A DNA stretch of 60,497 nucleotides, counting the filler, from Asterionella formosa (taxonomy: Eukaryota), in the NCBI GenBank assembly GCA_002256025.1. It is 4 parts of 4 records of this genome, joined end to end, with 100 filler letters (N's around TTAATTAATTAA, not from the genome) between each part and the next. Parts side by side here need not be neighbours in the genome. Positions count along the whole stretch, not along the records: positions 45,461 to 60,497 come from NKIB01005628.1; 3 more parts are not named here. One strand, 5' to 3'. Below, in pieces: positions 59,059-60,497 of the stretch; positions within the stretch are counted from its first letter, which is position 1, and each line of letters begins with the position of its first letter. The notes under the pieces were generated by a model, which saw only the letters and a list, made by a program, of their open reading frames with translations, had not been told where the DNA came from and ran no database searches. Both the position numbers and the translations under genes were made by a program.

Positions 59059-59427
59059 ATGGGAACTGGTCCAACCTCCAAAAAGCCAGGAATTCGATCC
59101 AAGCTCAAGAAATACAAGCGCGCCACATGGCTTAGCAACCGAGCCAAGGACAGAGATCAAATTCAAGATGAAATTGAAAAATCACAATTGAGTGGGAAAC
59201 CCATTGCCTTTGAGTACAATGATGAGCTGCCAGGTGGTGGTCAATTCTACTGTGTTGAAACAGCAAAACATTTTATTGATGCAAAGGCGCTCGCCGATCA
59301 TAAAAAGACCAGATATTACAAGAAGCGAACTAAAGAGCTCAAGGAAGAAAAGTATACACAGGGTGTTGCGGAGTGGGCCGCCGGCATGTCAAAAGAGGAA
59401 TTACCTCCTGCTCATCCCAAAAAGTAA
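59059..59427 (+). CDS. BUD20: Bud20/ZNF593-like ribosome biogenesis factor
   Basis: RAKDRDQIQDEI, ELPGGGQFYC...HFID..AL.DH, KKRTKELKEEKYTQ..AEWAAG. Confidence 0.88.
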   Translation: MGTGPTSKKPGIRSKLKKYKRATWLSNRAKDRDQIQDEIEKSQLSGKPIAFEYNDELPGGGQFYCVETAKHFIDAKALADHKKTRYYKKRTKELKEEKYTQGVAEWAAGMSKEELPPAHPKK

Positions 59428-60497
59428 GACCATCAACAGGTATTGTTTTCGAATTCTCGTTTGATTCAGCACGTGTGCCTTGAAATCGGTATGTACACTT
59501 AGTGATAACTGTCCATTTCATGAGAATTATAGTGCACTGTAACACATTAGCGAGTTGCATTTTAGTCATCCATGACGATTTCGAAAATTATTGCAAGAGT
59601 TTAGCACAATCATACATAAAATCAATTTGACTACGGTAGACTCTTCACTCCTTCCCATCGGGCCTACCATTCTACCATTGAATTCAACAATGACATGCAA
59701 GAACCATTTATACTGTGGGACGTAGTCGAATACATATTCAGTACTATCCCGATGAATACAGTCTTTGTCAAGTTGTCTTCCTCGACGAAGCAATTCCAAC
59801 TATTCGTTAAATTTAACATAAAAAGGTGAAAATACAAACAGTTAGTTACGCATTAATTATACCTTGAGATGTTTGGGTAGTAAATAATGGTTTATTGATA
59901 TTGCCTCTCCATCCTAGGACAACTCCAATTAAGGTTATGCATATGCCTTCTTAGTCGTCACATACCGGTATGCAAATAGCACACCATCATATGTAGTGAT
60001 TATTTGCAAAATGAGTTGATTTGTTGAAAAATCTCCCCATCCATGATTTGCGCACTTCGCTTCAATGAATAAAGAGGATAGACGAGGAGCGTCTTGTGAC
60101 TTGAAGCAAGTTTTCTGTCAAACTGCCTTATGTAAGAAAGCTCAACTGCTATCTACAGAGCAAGGGTCTGTTGATGTGTTGGAAAACCGACAAGAAGCAA
60201 CATATTGTCCTGTTACCCACTGTCGTTAAAGTGAAGGAACAACAGTGTGTATGGCATTGTTGTGAAAGTGAATAAACAACAGAACTGGTATACCTTGATA
60301 CTGTTATTGTGAATGTGAGGGAAGGACAGTGCTGCCTGTCGTGTCGTGAGGGGGCTTCTCGTTGAAGTGTCAGATGGCAACAAGAATACGAAAATTGAGA
60401 ACACCAAGTGTCAGCAAAAAAGGCGAGAACAAGTGCATGAACTTCATTCTGTGACTACATTCCACATTGATTTGAACTCAGTTACAAAACCCTAAGG

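Overview
Eukaryotic nuclear DNA, very probably a diatom (short GT-AG introns, DUF6824 repeats, signal peptide+Phe plastid-type presequence, CryptonS-like element). The window is not one locus. Three identical 100-nt linkers (44 N + TTAATTAATTAA + 44 N) join four segments of 15065, 15057, 15038 and 15037 bp, which looks like size-sorted unplaced scaffolds. About 14 host genes are recognisable: cationic amino-acid transporter, two histidine phosphatases, Rossmann-fold protein, DEK-C protein, USP8-dimer/AMSH-N protein, RPC5, 4x DUF6824 protein, GAA1, PRORP, bZIP, Bud20/ZNF593 and two unknowns. Between them lie mobile DNAs: a Ty3/Gypsy 3' end plus a second LTR, a decayed Crypton tyrosine recombinase, a Harbinger-like TIR element with an AAT TSD, several MITEs, and a four-copy TIR family with shuffled and inverted internal modules. 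A GGTACC/CCWGG palindromic motif is strongly iterated in intergenic DNA and lies at several element boundaries. All calls come from reading the sequence by eye; no searches were run.
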